From the NCBI GenBank assembly GCA_020349965.1, contig CP070705.1:1885789-1949788 (forward strand): a stretch of 64,000 nucleotides of DNA, read 5' to 3'. This DNA is from a candidate division WOR-3 bacterium. Its GTDB lineage: Bacteria > Hydrothermota > Tepidihabitantia > SM23-42. Below the pieces are notes generated by a model. That model did no database searches. It was not told the DNA's origin and was given only the letters and a program-made list of their open reading frames with translations. Each line of letters opens with the position of its first letter. Position 1 is the stretch's first letter. The position numbers were made by a program, and so were the translations under genes. Shown here piece by piece: positions 56,161-64,000 of the stretch.

Positions 56161-57159
56161 TTACTTACCTGGCGTTTCCAAATGAAGTATTTTCTTCTTT
56201 ATCAAGTCTAATTTTTCGTGCAGGGTTCTCTCTTCTTTCTTCTCGGCCTCAAGCGCAGAGAGCACTTCTTCTCGCTTCTGCGAGAGCAGATTGATTTCGG
56301 CATTCAATTGATTTTCCTCATCTTTCAATTCGCCAATGCGTTTGATCAATGCATCCTCATTTGCCTTCAGCTTTTCAATCGATTGCACGAGTGGATTGCT
56401 TTCGGCCTCCCTCTTTCTCGATTCATATTCCTCGTTAAACTTTCGCAGTTCATCCTCAGCCTCAGTGAGTTCCTTCTTGACACTATCGAGTTTGCCCTGC
56501 GCATCTTTCTGAGCACTCTTCATGGCCTCAATCTTGGGCGAAAATATCTCCTCCTGGCGTTTATTCATATCATCTACCAACTTTGATTTAATACGCCGTT
56601 TCGAGACCAGGGTAATGAAAAAAGCAAGAATCGCGACAACCGCTCCGGCCGCAATGGTCATCGGATTTCCGGAAGCAGGGAATACACCTGATGACGTCCG
56701 CGGTCTTGCTCCGATGTAAAGCACGCCCACGTTTCTCCTGGCTATTTGAATCGCGAATGCTCCTTCGAAAAGACCATTGCGTTCAACTACAACACTGGCA
56801 CCATCTGCTGCAGATACGTTCGCGCTGTATTGGTTACCGACCATCGTCTGATCGCTCGACACCAATACTTTGCCGTCGGCATCGGTAAAATGGACGAATT
56901 CAAGCTCAGGTTCATCATTCCTCAACCGCGTCACGATCTCCGTAAGATTAGCCTCGTCACCCATAATGAGTGCGTCTTCGACAAACGCAGCGTGCGCGAT
57001 AGAGTTCCCGAGACTCATGAACCTCTTCACATGAAGTTCCTTTGCACTCACCTGACCCTGAGTACCGCCCCCTGGAAACAATCTTGGGCTCAAGAAGAAG
57101 AAAGCTGTAAGAATCAAGATCAGGAGTAGTACCGCTACCGAGGTCCAACCCTTTGACAT
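56161..57159 (-). CDS. Hypothetical 2-TM protein with periplasmic sensor-like domain and cytoplasmic coiled coil
   Basis: TM near aa 6-24, TDADGKVLVSSD (Cache/PAS-like), TM near aa 168-186, about 140 aa of heptad-rich tail. Confidence 0.7.
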   Translation of the reverse strand: MSKGWTSVAVLLLILILTAFFFLSPRLFPGGGTQGQVSAKELHVKRFMSLGNSIAHAAFVEDALIMGDEANLTEIVTRLRNDEPELEFVHFTDADGKVLVSSDQTMVGNQYSANVSAADGASVVVERNGLFEGAFAIQIARRNVGVLYIGARPRTSSGVFPASGNPMTIAAGAVVAILAFFITLVSKRRIKSKLVDDMNKRQEEIFSPKIEAMKSAQKDAQGKLDSVKKELTEAEDELRKFNEEYESRKREAESNPLVQSIEKLKANEDALIKRIGELKDEENQLNAEINLLSQKREEVLSALEAEKKEERTLHEKLDLIKKKILHLETPGK

Positions 57160-58005
57160 CTATCCTCCGAAGCTGATCGATATGCGGTGTCCACCGCCGA
57201 GTTCAAAATAAGGTGAATACGTATAGTCGATGTTTAACCTATCCTTCCTTACCCCCATTCCCACTGTGACACCGGCGAGGAAACCGAGACCTTCAGATTC
57301 AATAGCCGATAGAAGCGTACTGTAGGAGGCCTTGAGATGCAGAAATTGGTTGACGTAGTATGCCCCGCCGAATCTGGCGCCGACACCGGACAAGGCGGGT
57401 TTCACAAGATCAACGCCGATCCAACCCGACTCGAACAGCTTTGCGGCACTGAGTGTGACCTCAAAAGGAAACATCTCTTTGGAATCAATGTAGGCTTTCA
57501 GGCCGTAGCCGATATTCTTGACTGACAATCCGACCTGAACACCCGGATCATCGATATTGTATATGGCACCAAGGTCAACGCCAATACCCAATGTATTCAG
57601 TGTATCGATCGTTCCGTAGACCGCTTTGACCGCAACGCCTATGCCGACATCTCTATACACAAAACCCTTGCCCACGCTGGCGTCAATGTGGTGAACGCCA
57701 AACGTGCCATCCTCATTCCCCAACGAATCGGTTTTTTTCATACTGCCGCTATAGAAGTAACGGACCCCAACTCCCAGTTGTCTCCGTTCATAACCCAGGT
57801 AGCCAAATTGTGTACCGTCAAAATAGTTAAGGTAGGAAAGTGAATAGAATGTATTATCCGATAGCGCCAGTCCACCAGGATTGTAGTGCACATCGTAGCC
57901 GTCATCATACAGGGCGTAACCCATACCAGCCCTGTGGGCAACTGGGTCCACGGATAGACATTCAAAACCCACCACCGATATCAATGAAAAGAGTATCACT
58001 AACAT
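57160..58005 (-). CDS. PorV/PorQ-like outer-membrane beta-barrel
   Basis: AGMG.A, YNPGGL, DLGAIY, VKNIG, IDYTY, GGHRISISF. Confidence 0.72.
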   Translation of the reverse strand: MLVILFSLISVVGFECLSVDPVAHRAGMGYALYDDGYDVHYNPGGLALSDNTFYSLSYLNYFDGTQFGYLGYERRQLGVGVRYFYSGSMKKTDSLGNEDGTFGVHHIDASVGKGFVYRDVGIGVAVKAVYGTIDTLNTLGIGVDLGAIYNIDDPGVQVGLSVKNIGYGLKAYIDSKEMFPFEVTLSAAKLFESGWIGVDLVKPALSGVGARFGGAYYVNQFLHLKASYSTLLSAIESEGLGFLAGVTVGMGVRKDRLNIDYTYSPYFELGGGHRISISFGG

Positions 58006-58022
58006 TTGGCCTCCATACTGGT

Positions 58023-58050
58023 ATTATAGCACCATTGCTTTAAAAGTCAA
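58023..58050 (-). promoter_or_regulatory. Promoter of the PorV-like gene and downstream genes
   Basis: TTGACT-N16-TATAAT then GGAGG RBS. Confidence 0.78.
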
Positions 58051-58460
58051 GGACCTTTGTGTGCAATGATTTCCGTAATCTTCGCTAGGAAAACTGAAGT
58101 GCGCGCAAACCTGTTATTAAGCAATTTTGCGATGAGTAAACCTAGGATGAGGCCAGCCAATCCACTCACGAGGGATGCCGTCTCATGCCAGCGACTGCCC
58201 ACAAGAAGTCCAATTACGGACAGCAGGATAGGCAAACCAAACAATAAAAATGAAGCTGCAAACGCTATGCCGGCTGACTGCACAACATATACTTCATCTT
58301 CAGGGTTTGCTCCGATATTGTTCTGGACCACCACCAAATGCCTGGAATCTGTCCCATGGCATAATCTGCGGGCATCGCAATCTTTACAGGATTCTTTCGC
58401 TTGGAAACACACCGTAGCCAGTCCGCCGCTTACTGTGACCACCCACCCCTTCTTCCTCAT
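58047..58460 (-). CDS. RseC/MucC-family membrane protein
   Basis: SCKDCDARRLC, N.IGA..D.V, two C-terminal TMs. Confidence 0.85.
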   Translation of the reverse strand: MRKKGWVVTVSGGLATVCFQAKESCKDCDARRLCHGTDSRHLVVVQNNIGANPEDEVYVVQSAGIAFAASFLLFGLPILLSVIGLLVGSRWHETASLVSGLAGLILGLLIAKLLNNRFARTSVFLAKITEIIAHKGP

Positions 58461-58465
58461 GCGAA

Positions 58466-58493
58466 ATTATAGATACTATGTGCCGGATGTCAA
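58466..58493 (-). promoter_or_regulatory. Leaderless promoter of the rseC-like gene
   Basis: TTGACA-N16-TATAAT-N5-ATG. Confidence 0.8.
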
Positions 58494-58698
58494 CGAAGAC
58501 CCTGCAGTACGGAAAAACACTTACCTTCTGCACCATATTCAAAGCACAAACACCAATATTTACGACAAATGGTCTAACATTCCGCGGTTGCCGCCCGTTT
58601 CGTTCCACGGCGACGTCCTACGATACCGACACGTAACCGTAGTCTCCTGAGTCGATACGGGCTTCGTCACCTATTAACGTAGACCGAGCTATAAGAGG

Positions 58699-58726
58699 TT
58701 GACCTCATTCTATATGTGGATATAAT
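58699..58726 (+). promoter_or_regulatory. Leaderless promoter of the second tldD-pmbA pair
   Basis: TTGACC-N16-TATAAT-N5-ATG(58732). Confidence 0.78.
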
Positions 58727-58731
58727 ACGTG

Positions 58732-60102
58732 ATGGACAGTTCACTCACAAAACTCCTCCAGAACATTCTAGCTACCGTTGAAAAAAAATATCCTTATACG
58801 GCGGCGACGGTTTTTGACACGCGAGGAATAGAGATCAATCTCGACAAGGAGAACGAACGAATTGCGTCACGGCAAGGCAACAGAGGAATTGTCCTTTCTA
58901 TTTTTAACGGACGGTATTTCGAGGAATACGCAACGGACATAATCGATGAGAAACACATCGATGAGTTCTGTCGCCGTGCGTTTGACCATGTTGTTATGGA
59001 AGAAATCAAGTACGAACTCACACAACCGCGAGAAGGGAACAGATCCTTCAGAACAGCAGAGAAGATTGACCCCGATAGCGTGTCTATCAAGAACAAACTT
59101 GACATACTTCGCCAGCGACGAGCTGCACTGTTGCGTGGTAAGAATATGGTCAATTGCACGACAAGTTATATCGAAGAAACAGCGAACAAAACGTTCATTA
59201 CTCGGAAAGGAACGCTTGATGAACGGATGCGACGGATATCTCACTACATGGTTGCATACGTCTCAAACGGCAAAGACCTAAAGTATGATTTCTTTTCGAC
59301 CGGCGGGACCGGTGGTCTTGAAATAATTGATATCCCGGATAGCACAATCCCATCGCTCATCGACAGCGCCAACAGGTTATTCAATTCAGAGAGCATCGAA
59401 CCCGGATTCTACGACGTCATTGCCACGCCGGAAATCGCCGGGTTAATCGCTCATGAGGCGTTCGGTCACGGCGTTGAAACGGACATGTACCTGAAGGATC
59501 GTGCGAGGTCAAAGGATTACTTGGGAGAGATCATTGCTTCGCCATTGGTCAACATAATCGATGATCCGTCACTGCCAGGCGGATATGGCTCATATTTCGT
59601 CGATGACGAAGGAAATATTGCGCAACCTACCTACGTTGTCAAAGACGGGCGGTTCATTCAAGGTTTGACAAATAGATATTCAAGTTCGGTACTAAAATTG
59701 AACCCGACGGCGAACGGACGCAGAGAGTCCTTTGCCCGGAAGATCTACACAAGAATGTCTAATACTTTCTTTGAACCTGGCACGAAGACCCCTGAGGAAA
59801 TCATCTCATCAGTTGATAACGGAATCTACCTGATCAGAGGTTTGAGCGGCATGGAAGATCCAAAAGGTTGGGGGATTCAGGTACTCGTTCTATATGGTAA
59901 GGAGATAAGAAAAGGACGTCTCACCGATCGGATTTTTTCACCTCTTGGGATCACAGGCTACGTGCCTGACTTATTGAAGGGTATCTCCATGGTCGGAAAC
60001 GATTTCAAGGTCGATGTAGGGACATGTGGTAAAGGTCATAAGGAATACGTTCCGGTCTCAAGCGGCGGCCCCCACATCCGTACGCGATTACGATTGGGAT
60101 AA
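58732..60102 (+). CDS. tldD: TldD-family metalloprotease (second copy)
   Basis: HEAFGHGVETD, DDEG, NGRRES, RMSNTF, CGKGHK..VPVSSGGP. Confidence 0.92.
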   Translation: MDSSLTKLLQNILATVEKKYPYTAATVFDTRGIEINLDKENERIASRQGNRGIVLSIFNGRYFEEYATDIIDEKHIDEFCRRAFDHVVMEEIKYELTQPREGNRSFRTAEKIDPDSVSIKNKLDILRQRRAALLRGKNMVNCTTSYIEETANKTFITRKGTLDERMRRISHYMVAYVSNGKDLKYDFFSTGGTGGLEIIDIPDSTIPSLIDSANRLFNSESIEPGFYDVIATPEIAGLIAHEAFGHGVETDMYLKDRARSKDYLGEIIASPLVNIIDDPSLPGGYGSYFVDDEGNIAQPTYVVKDGRFIQGLTNRYSSSVLKLNPTANGRRESFARKIYTRMSNTFFEPGTKTPEEIISSVDNGIYLIRGLSGMEDPKGWGIQVLVLYGKEIRKGRLTDRIFSPLGITGYVPDLLKGISMVGNDFKVDVGTCGKGHKEYVPVSSGGPHIRTRLRLG

Positions 60103-61370
60103 TGAACAAGATAATCGACAGGATAGGCCGCCACGGCTTTGATGATTACAAGATACGCGAAGTGAGATCCACAGAGTATCAGTTATACCTTCTCAAGGAC
60201 GCCATAGAATCAAGGCGGACAGTGGAAAGTAACCACTTCCAAATAACCGTCTATGTCAACCATCGAGTAGGAGGGAAGAAACTGCGCGGCGAGTACACTT
60301 TTGAATACAAACCCGGGGCCGATCTAGATTATTATCTTGAACAGGCGAAATCTGCATGCTCGGTCATCAAGAACAGACACTACGATCTTGCAAAATCCAG
60401 CGATAGTTCGGTTGTCCAAACCCTCGATCCACGCTTGAATGATCCGTTCAAACTCGGCGGGCAACTCACCGAAACCATATATCGCAATACAAAGGGCAGT
60501 AATGTTTATCTCTCCAGCGCAGAGATCTATCTGACCAAGTCTGAAATAGTGCTAAGGACGTCGACGGGAATCGAAAAAAGCAAGGTCAAGGGTCTGGTCG
60601 AGATCGAGGTCACATTCATCAGCAAGAACAGGAAGGTAGAGCAGGAATTGAATTTCGGCATCCGACGAAGGAGTGTAGAAGATCTGCGACTGGAGCAGCG
60701 ACTCACTGAATACAAGGAGCATTCGATCAACATGCTCGAAGTGCAAATACCGAAAAGTGGCCGGGCAAATATCGCAATCAATGCCTCGGATACATATAAG
60801 CTGCTGAGTCCTCTCATTTTCCATAGCTCAGGACAGGCCAAAGACCAAGGCATCAGCCGTTTCGTTCTCAATGGGAGGATCGTAGAAGATGCGGCAAATG
60901 ATTTCAGTCTTAAGACGAGCGGCATTTTACCCTTCGGGTTATACAGCGAACCGTTCGACGGTGATGGCATTGCCTGTAATGAATACACATTGATTGACAA
61001 AGGTGTCTTCCGACAGTATTGGACGACAAAGCGATACGCAGACTATCTCGGCGTGAAGCCAACCGGCGAGTTCAAGAATCTAATAGTAGAACCCGTTCGC
61101 AGTTCAACGATCGATATTGACTCTTGTTACGAAATAATACAGTTCTCAGACCTATCCCCGGACCCGGTCACTGGTGATATCGTCGCAGAAATAAGGTTCG
61201 GCTATGCCACGATCGATGGACGGAAGACACCCATAAAGGGAGGGTCGGTCAGCGGGAACATTTTTCAGAATTTGAAGCGTATATCTTTTGCGTCCGAGGA
61301 TGTTTTCGAAGGTAACTATGCGGGCCCGAAATTCCTCGTACTCAAAGATATGTCGATATCAGGCCAATGA
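60102..61370 (+). CDS. PmbA/TldE-family protein (second copy, divergent)
   Basis: PFDGDG, PTG, TGDIVAEIRFG, GSVSGN; coupled to tldD. Confidence 0.82.
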   Translation: MNKIIDRIGRHGFDDYKIREVRSTEYQLYLLKDAIESRRTVESNHFQITVYVNHRVGGKKLRGEYTFEYKPGADLDYYLEQAKSACSVIKNRHYDLAKSSDSSVVQTLDPRLNDPFKLGGQLTETIYRNTKGSNVYLSSAEIYLTKSEIVLRTSTGIEKSKVKGLVEIEVTFISKNRKVEQELNFGIRRRSVEDLRLEQRLTEYKEHSINMLEVQIPKSGRANIAINASDTYKLLSPLIFHSSGQAKDQGISRFVLNGRIVEDAANDFSLKTSGILPFGLYSEPFDGDGIACNEYTLIDKGVFRQYWTTKRYADYLGVKPTGEFKNLIVEPVRSSTIDIDSCYEIIQFSDLSPDPVTGDIVAEIRFGYATIDGRKTPIKGGSVSGNIFQNLKRISFASEDVFEGNYAGPKFLVLKDMSISGQ

Positions 61371-61461
61371 TTGTGTTCCAATAGAGATTCTATCACGTTC
61401 TTATGCTCCGTCACCTAAATCCCCGATAATACGCGTCTGCAGTACGTATGGATACATCTCC

Positions 61462-61489
61462 TTGACATCCATTGGTATATTAATATAAT
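61462..61489 (+). promoter_or_regulatory. Promoter of the second PorV-like gene
   Basis: TTGACA-N16-TATAAT. Confidence 0.8.
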
Positions 61490-61529
61490 GATAAGTTAAT
61501 CTGCAGTTAATAAAGTTTGGAGGTTTTGT

Positions 61530-62537
61530 ATGCGTAAGGTTTTTTTCACCCTTATTCTCTTGTCGGCACTATTAGTCGGTGCTACACGCCCCGGTGCAGT
61601 TTTTCTTCTCATATGGCCAGGAGCAAGAGCAACAGCGTTGAGTGGCGCATTCTCCGCGGTCGCCGATGATGCGACTGCATGTTACTATAACCAAGCAGGA
61701 CTTGCTTTCATTGATGGGACAATTGTTTCCTTGCAGCATGCAGTGTGGTTACCGTCTCTCAATGACGACATGTACTACGAATATCTCGGCGTCACGAAGT
61801 CATTCAAGGTGGGTACTTTCGGACTTGGCATTACTTACCTGACAACTGGCCCTACCACAGTGACGAATTTTCAGGGCGTGTACCTTGGGACGTATGTGAC
61901 ATTCGATATTGCCGTCGGATTGAACTACGGGGCATTAATACAACCAAACCTCGGAGTAGGTGTTGGTTGGAAGCTAATCTATTCTTACCTGGTTCCACCA
62001 TGGGTTTGGTTGAGAATGCCGGAACTGGAAGTAACGAGCGGTGGAATCGGCATTACTTACGCATTCGACGCCGGCACCATTTACAAACCATTTCAGTTCC
62101 TCACGTTAGCCGGAGCATTGCAGAATATCGGCCCTGATATCAGTTACACCGAGAGTGGCGCATCCGATCCGCTGCCATACACGTTAAGGCTCGGAATGCG
62201 CTTTCAGCCAATCGACAACAAGGTCATACGTATTGCCCTTACAGCCGATGTTACCAAAATTCTCGTGGGAATGTTCGCTGATGAAACAAAAACTTTCTTC
62301 GAGAACCTTGGGTATGAGTTCCGCGAAGCGTGGAAAGGCGTCGGTTTAGAGATAGATTATTATGATTTCATCAAGTTAAGAGGTGGCTATTTCCACGATA
62401 GCGAGGGCCAAAGAATTGGCTTCACCTACGGAGGAGGGATCAAAGCCGGTGGATTTTCACTCGACGTAGGTGTGGATCAAGACATATACGAATTCAAAAC
62501 CACAAACCGTAAGTTCTCGATCTCCTATAAATTCTAA
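61530..62537 (+). CDS. PorV/PorQ-family outer-membrane protein
   Basis: FLLIWPGARATALSGAFSAVADDATA.YYN.AGL, QNIGP.ISY, DPLP.TLRLG, LRGGY, C-terminal Phe. Confidence 0.85.
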   Translation: MRKVFFTLILLSALLVGATRPGAVFLLIWPGARATALSGAFSAVADDATACYYNQAGLAFIDGTIVSLQHAVWLPSLNDDMYYEYLGVTKSFKVGTFGLGITYLTTGPTTVTNFQGVYLGTYVTFDIAVGLNYGALIQPNLGVGVGWKLIYSYLVPPWVWLRMPELEVTSGGIGITYAFDAGTIYKPFQFLTLAGALQNIGPDISYTESGASDPLPYTLRLGMRFQPIDNKVIRIALTADVTKILVGMFADETKTFFENLGYEFREAWKGVGLEIDYYDFIKLRGGYFHDSEGQRIGFTYGGGIKAGGFSLDVGVDQDIYEFKTTNRKFSISYKF

Positions 62538-62701
62538 CGACAATCCTCAAGGGGCTATCCTCACTATCTAGTTAGGAAGCGCATAAGACAACGAAAGCAA
62601 GACGAGAAAGGCTGTATACCGGTGAAGGTCATTTGGAGCATCGGAAACATCTACACGGTCAAAAGACATTTCGCTCCGCTGGGTGACCATCCTACGGAAC
62701 A

Positions 62702-63688
62702 ATGAAATTACGTTCGCAAGACAGTAAAGTCTTGATCGTCGGTGCAACAGGCTTCGTCGGCAAGAACCTGGTGCCGCAAATGGCAACCCGCGGTCCAACC
62801 ACTATATTGGTTCGCGCTACATCAAATACTGCTCTATTTAGAGAAAACCCGAATATCAGAATTCTCAAGGGCGATCTCGAAACTGCCAACGGACTCCGCG
62901 AAGCATTGAATGACATCGACGTCGTAATCCACTGTGCTGCTCGAACCATGGGACGTACCTACTGGGAATATTACCGGACTAACACAATGGGTACAGCGAA
63001 TTTGCTTAAAGAGATGAAGGCAGCAGGTGTAAAGAAACTTCTCTTCTTGAGTTCTCACGCTGCATGCGGGCCGAGCGCAGCCATCACTACGACCATCAGG
63101 AACGGCGCTGAAAATCCGATATCATTCTACGGGTCGACAAAGAGGCAAGCCGAGAAGTTGATAATAAGAAGCGGCCTCTCCTATACAATCATCAGACCGG
63201 TATCTGTCTATGGACCTCACGACACAGAGATACTGACCTACATAAAGCTACTCAACAGAGGAATCTGCCCTGTTGTCGGATTTGGCTCCAAGTACTTGAA
63301 TCTCATCTATGTAGCGGATCTTGTCGATATGATCATTGAGATCGTAAGAAGGGATCACTTTGGGAATAGAATATATTTCGCAAACGACGGGAATTGTTAT
63401 TCTTTCGATTCAGTGCTCAAAAGCATCGCATGCGCGCTCGACAAGAAGAATGTAAAGATACATATCCCCACCTCAATCGCCATGTTTATCGGACTATTGA
63501 ATGATGTGTTCCTCCCGCCGCGGTTCAGGCTCGTCACCCGCGACAAAGTGAGGGAGCTTGCGTGTCAGTATTGGGTATGCGGTGAAACTAAATCAATTCA
63601 GGAGATGGGTCTCCGACCCAAATACACATTTGAACACGGCATCATCGAAACCGTCGAATGGTACCGTAAGCACGGTTTCCTCTCATGA
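62702..63688 (+). CDS. NAD-dependent epimerase/dehydratase (extended SDR)
   Basis: GATGFVG, VIHCAA, YGSTK (YxxxK), IIRP.SVYGP. Confidence 0.9.
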   Translation: MKLRSQDSKVLIVGATGFVGKNLVPQMATRGPTTILVRATSNTALFRENPNIRILKGDLETANGLREALNDIDVVIHCAARTMGRTYWEYYRTNTMGTANLLKEMKAAGVKKLLFLSSHAACGPSAAITTTIRNGAENPISFYGSTKRQAEKLIIRSGLSYTIIRPVSVYGPHDTEILTYIKLLNRGICPVVGFGSKYLNLIYVADLVDMIIEIVRRDHFGNRIYFANDGNCYSFDSVLKSIACALDKKNVKIHIPTSIAMFIGLLNDVFLPPRFRLVTRDKVRELACQYWVCGETKSIQEMGLRPKYTFEHGIIETVEWYRKHGFLS

Positions 63689-63707
63689 TGTTGACAATGG
63701 ATGAAGC

Positions 63708-63735
63708 TTGACAAGAAAGAAACGGCAGATATAAT
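63708..63735 (+). promoter_or_regulatory. Promoter of the UpxY/NusG-paralogue gene
   Basis: TTGACA-N16-TATAAT. Confidence 0.8.
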
Positions 63736-63752
63736 AAAAAGGGGATTAATCA

Positions 63753-64000
63753 ATGAACTGGTACGCAGGTTACACAAAATGCAATCATGAACGCATCGTC
63801 AACAAGATGCTCTCCGAGAAAGGCATCAGCACTTTTCTTCCTGAAATAATCGTCCCCAGCCGTCGGAAGAATCGCAAGATTCTCGTCAAACGGCCCCTAT
63901 TCCGTAATTATCTTTTCGTACAAATCGACGAAAGACAAGATAATTGGATCAAAGTCTTCCGCACGCCGGGGCTCGCCCGTATATGCGGAAATGGCAGGCC
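63753..64000 (+). CDS. UpxY/RfaH-type NusG-family antiterminator, runs off window end
   Basis: Hand translation MNWYAGYTKCNHERIV...TFLP...PLFRNYLFV...TPGL (NGN domain). Confidence 0.85.
   Translation, partial: MNWYAGYTKCNHERIVNKMLSEKGISTFLPEIIVPSRRKNRKILVKRPLFRNYLFVQIDERQDNWIKVFRTPGLARICGNGR

Noticed and set aside
58494-58698. 205-nt divergent intergenic region as a possible ncRNA or TldD substrate peptide gene
   Set aside because: No RBS-led small ORF, stable structure or repeat that I can support.
1-64000. CRISPR arrays, rRNA, transposases, prophage genes
   Set aside because: None seen. The only periodic repeats found are the MraZ boxes and one tandem 10-mer.

Overview
Gene-dense chromosomal window of a diderm bacterium. 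PorV-like barrels, a FlgD-Ig-tailed peptidase and the TonB receptor style suggest an FCB-associated candidate lineage such as WOR-3, but that is inference only. Contents: the 5' part of the dcw cluster (mraZ-STAS-rsmH-ftsL-ftsI-murE-murF-mraY-murD-ftsW), yajC-def-fmt-rsmB, nnr-tatC, tRNA-Ala(GGC) followed by TPR/pilin-like/HNH/Omp85 genes, wzi-like, apgM-purH, bfd-lipB-lipA, a TonB-dependent receptor, a ferredoxin, an M28 peptidase, an ArsR/ACR3 cluster, the rpsH-rplQ ribosomal block, two tldD-pmbA pairs, yhaM-smc-ftsY, two PorV-like genes and the start of a UpxY/NusG paralogue. I saw no CRISPR array, transposase, integrase or rRNA. Four observations stand out. (1) All 18 clear sigma70-type promoters have a 16-bp -35/-10 spacer, and several are leaderless with the start codon 5 nt after the -10. 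(2) A STAS gene lacking the phosphorylatable serine sits between mraZ and rsmH. (3) An 11/12 inverted repeat flanks a 3.6-kb segment whose inversion would join a ferredoxin gene to a BFD-like gene and swap promoters. (4) A structured leader precedes rpsM.
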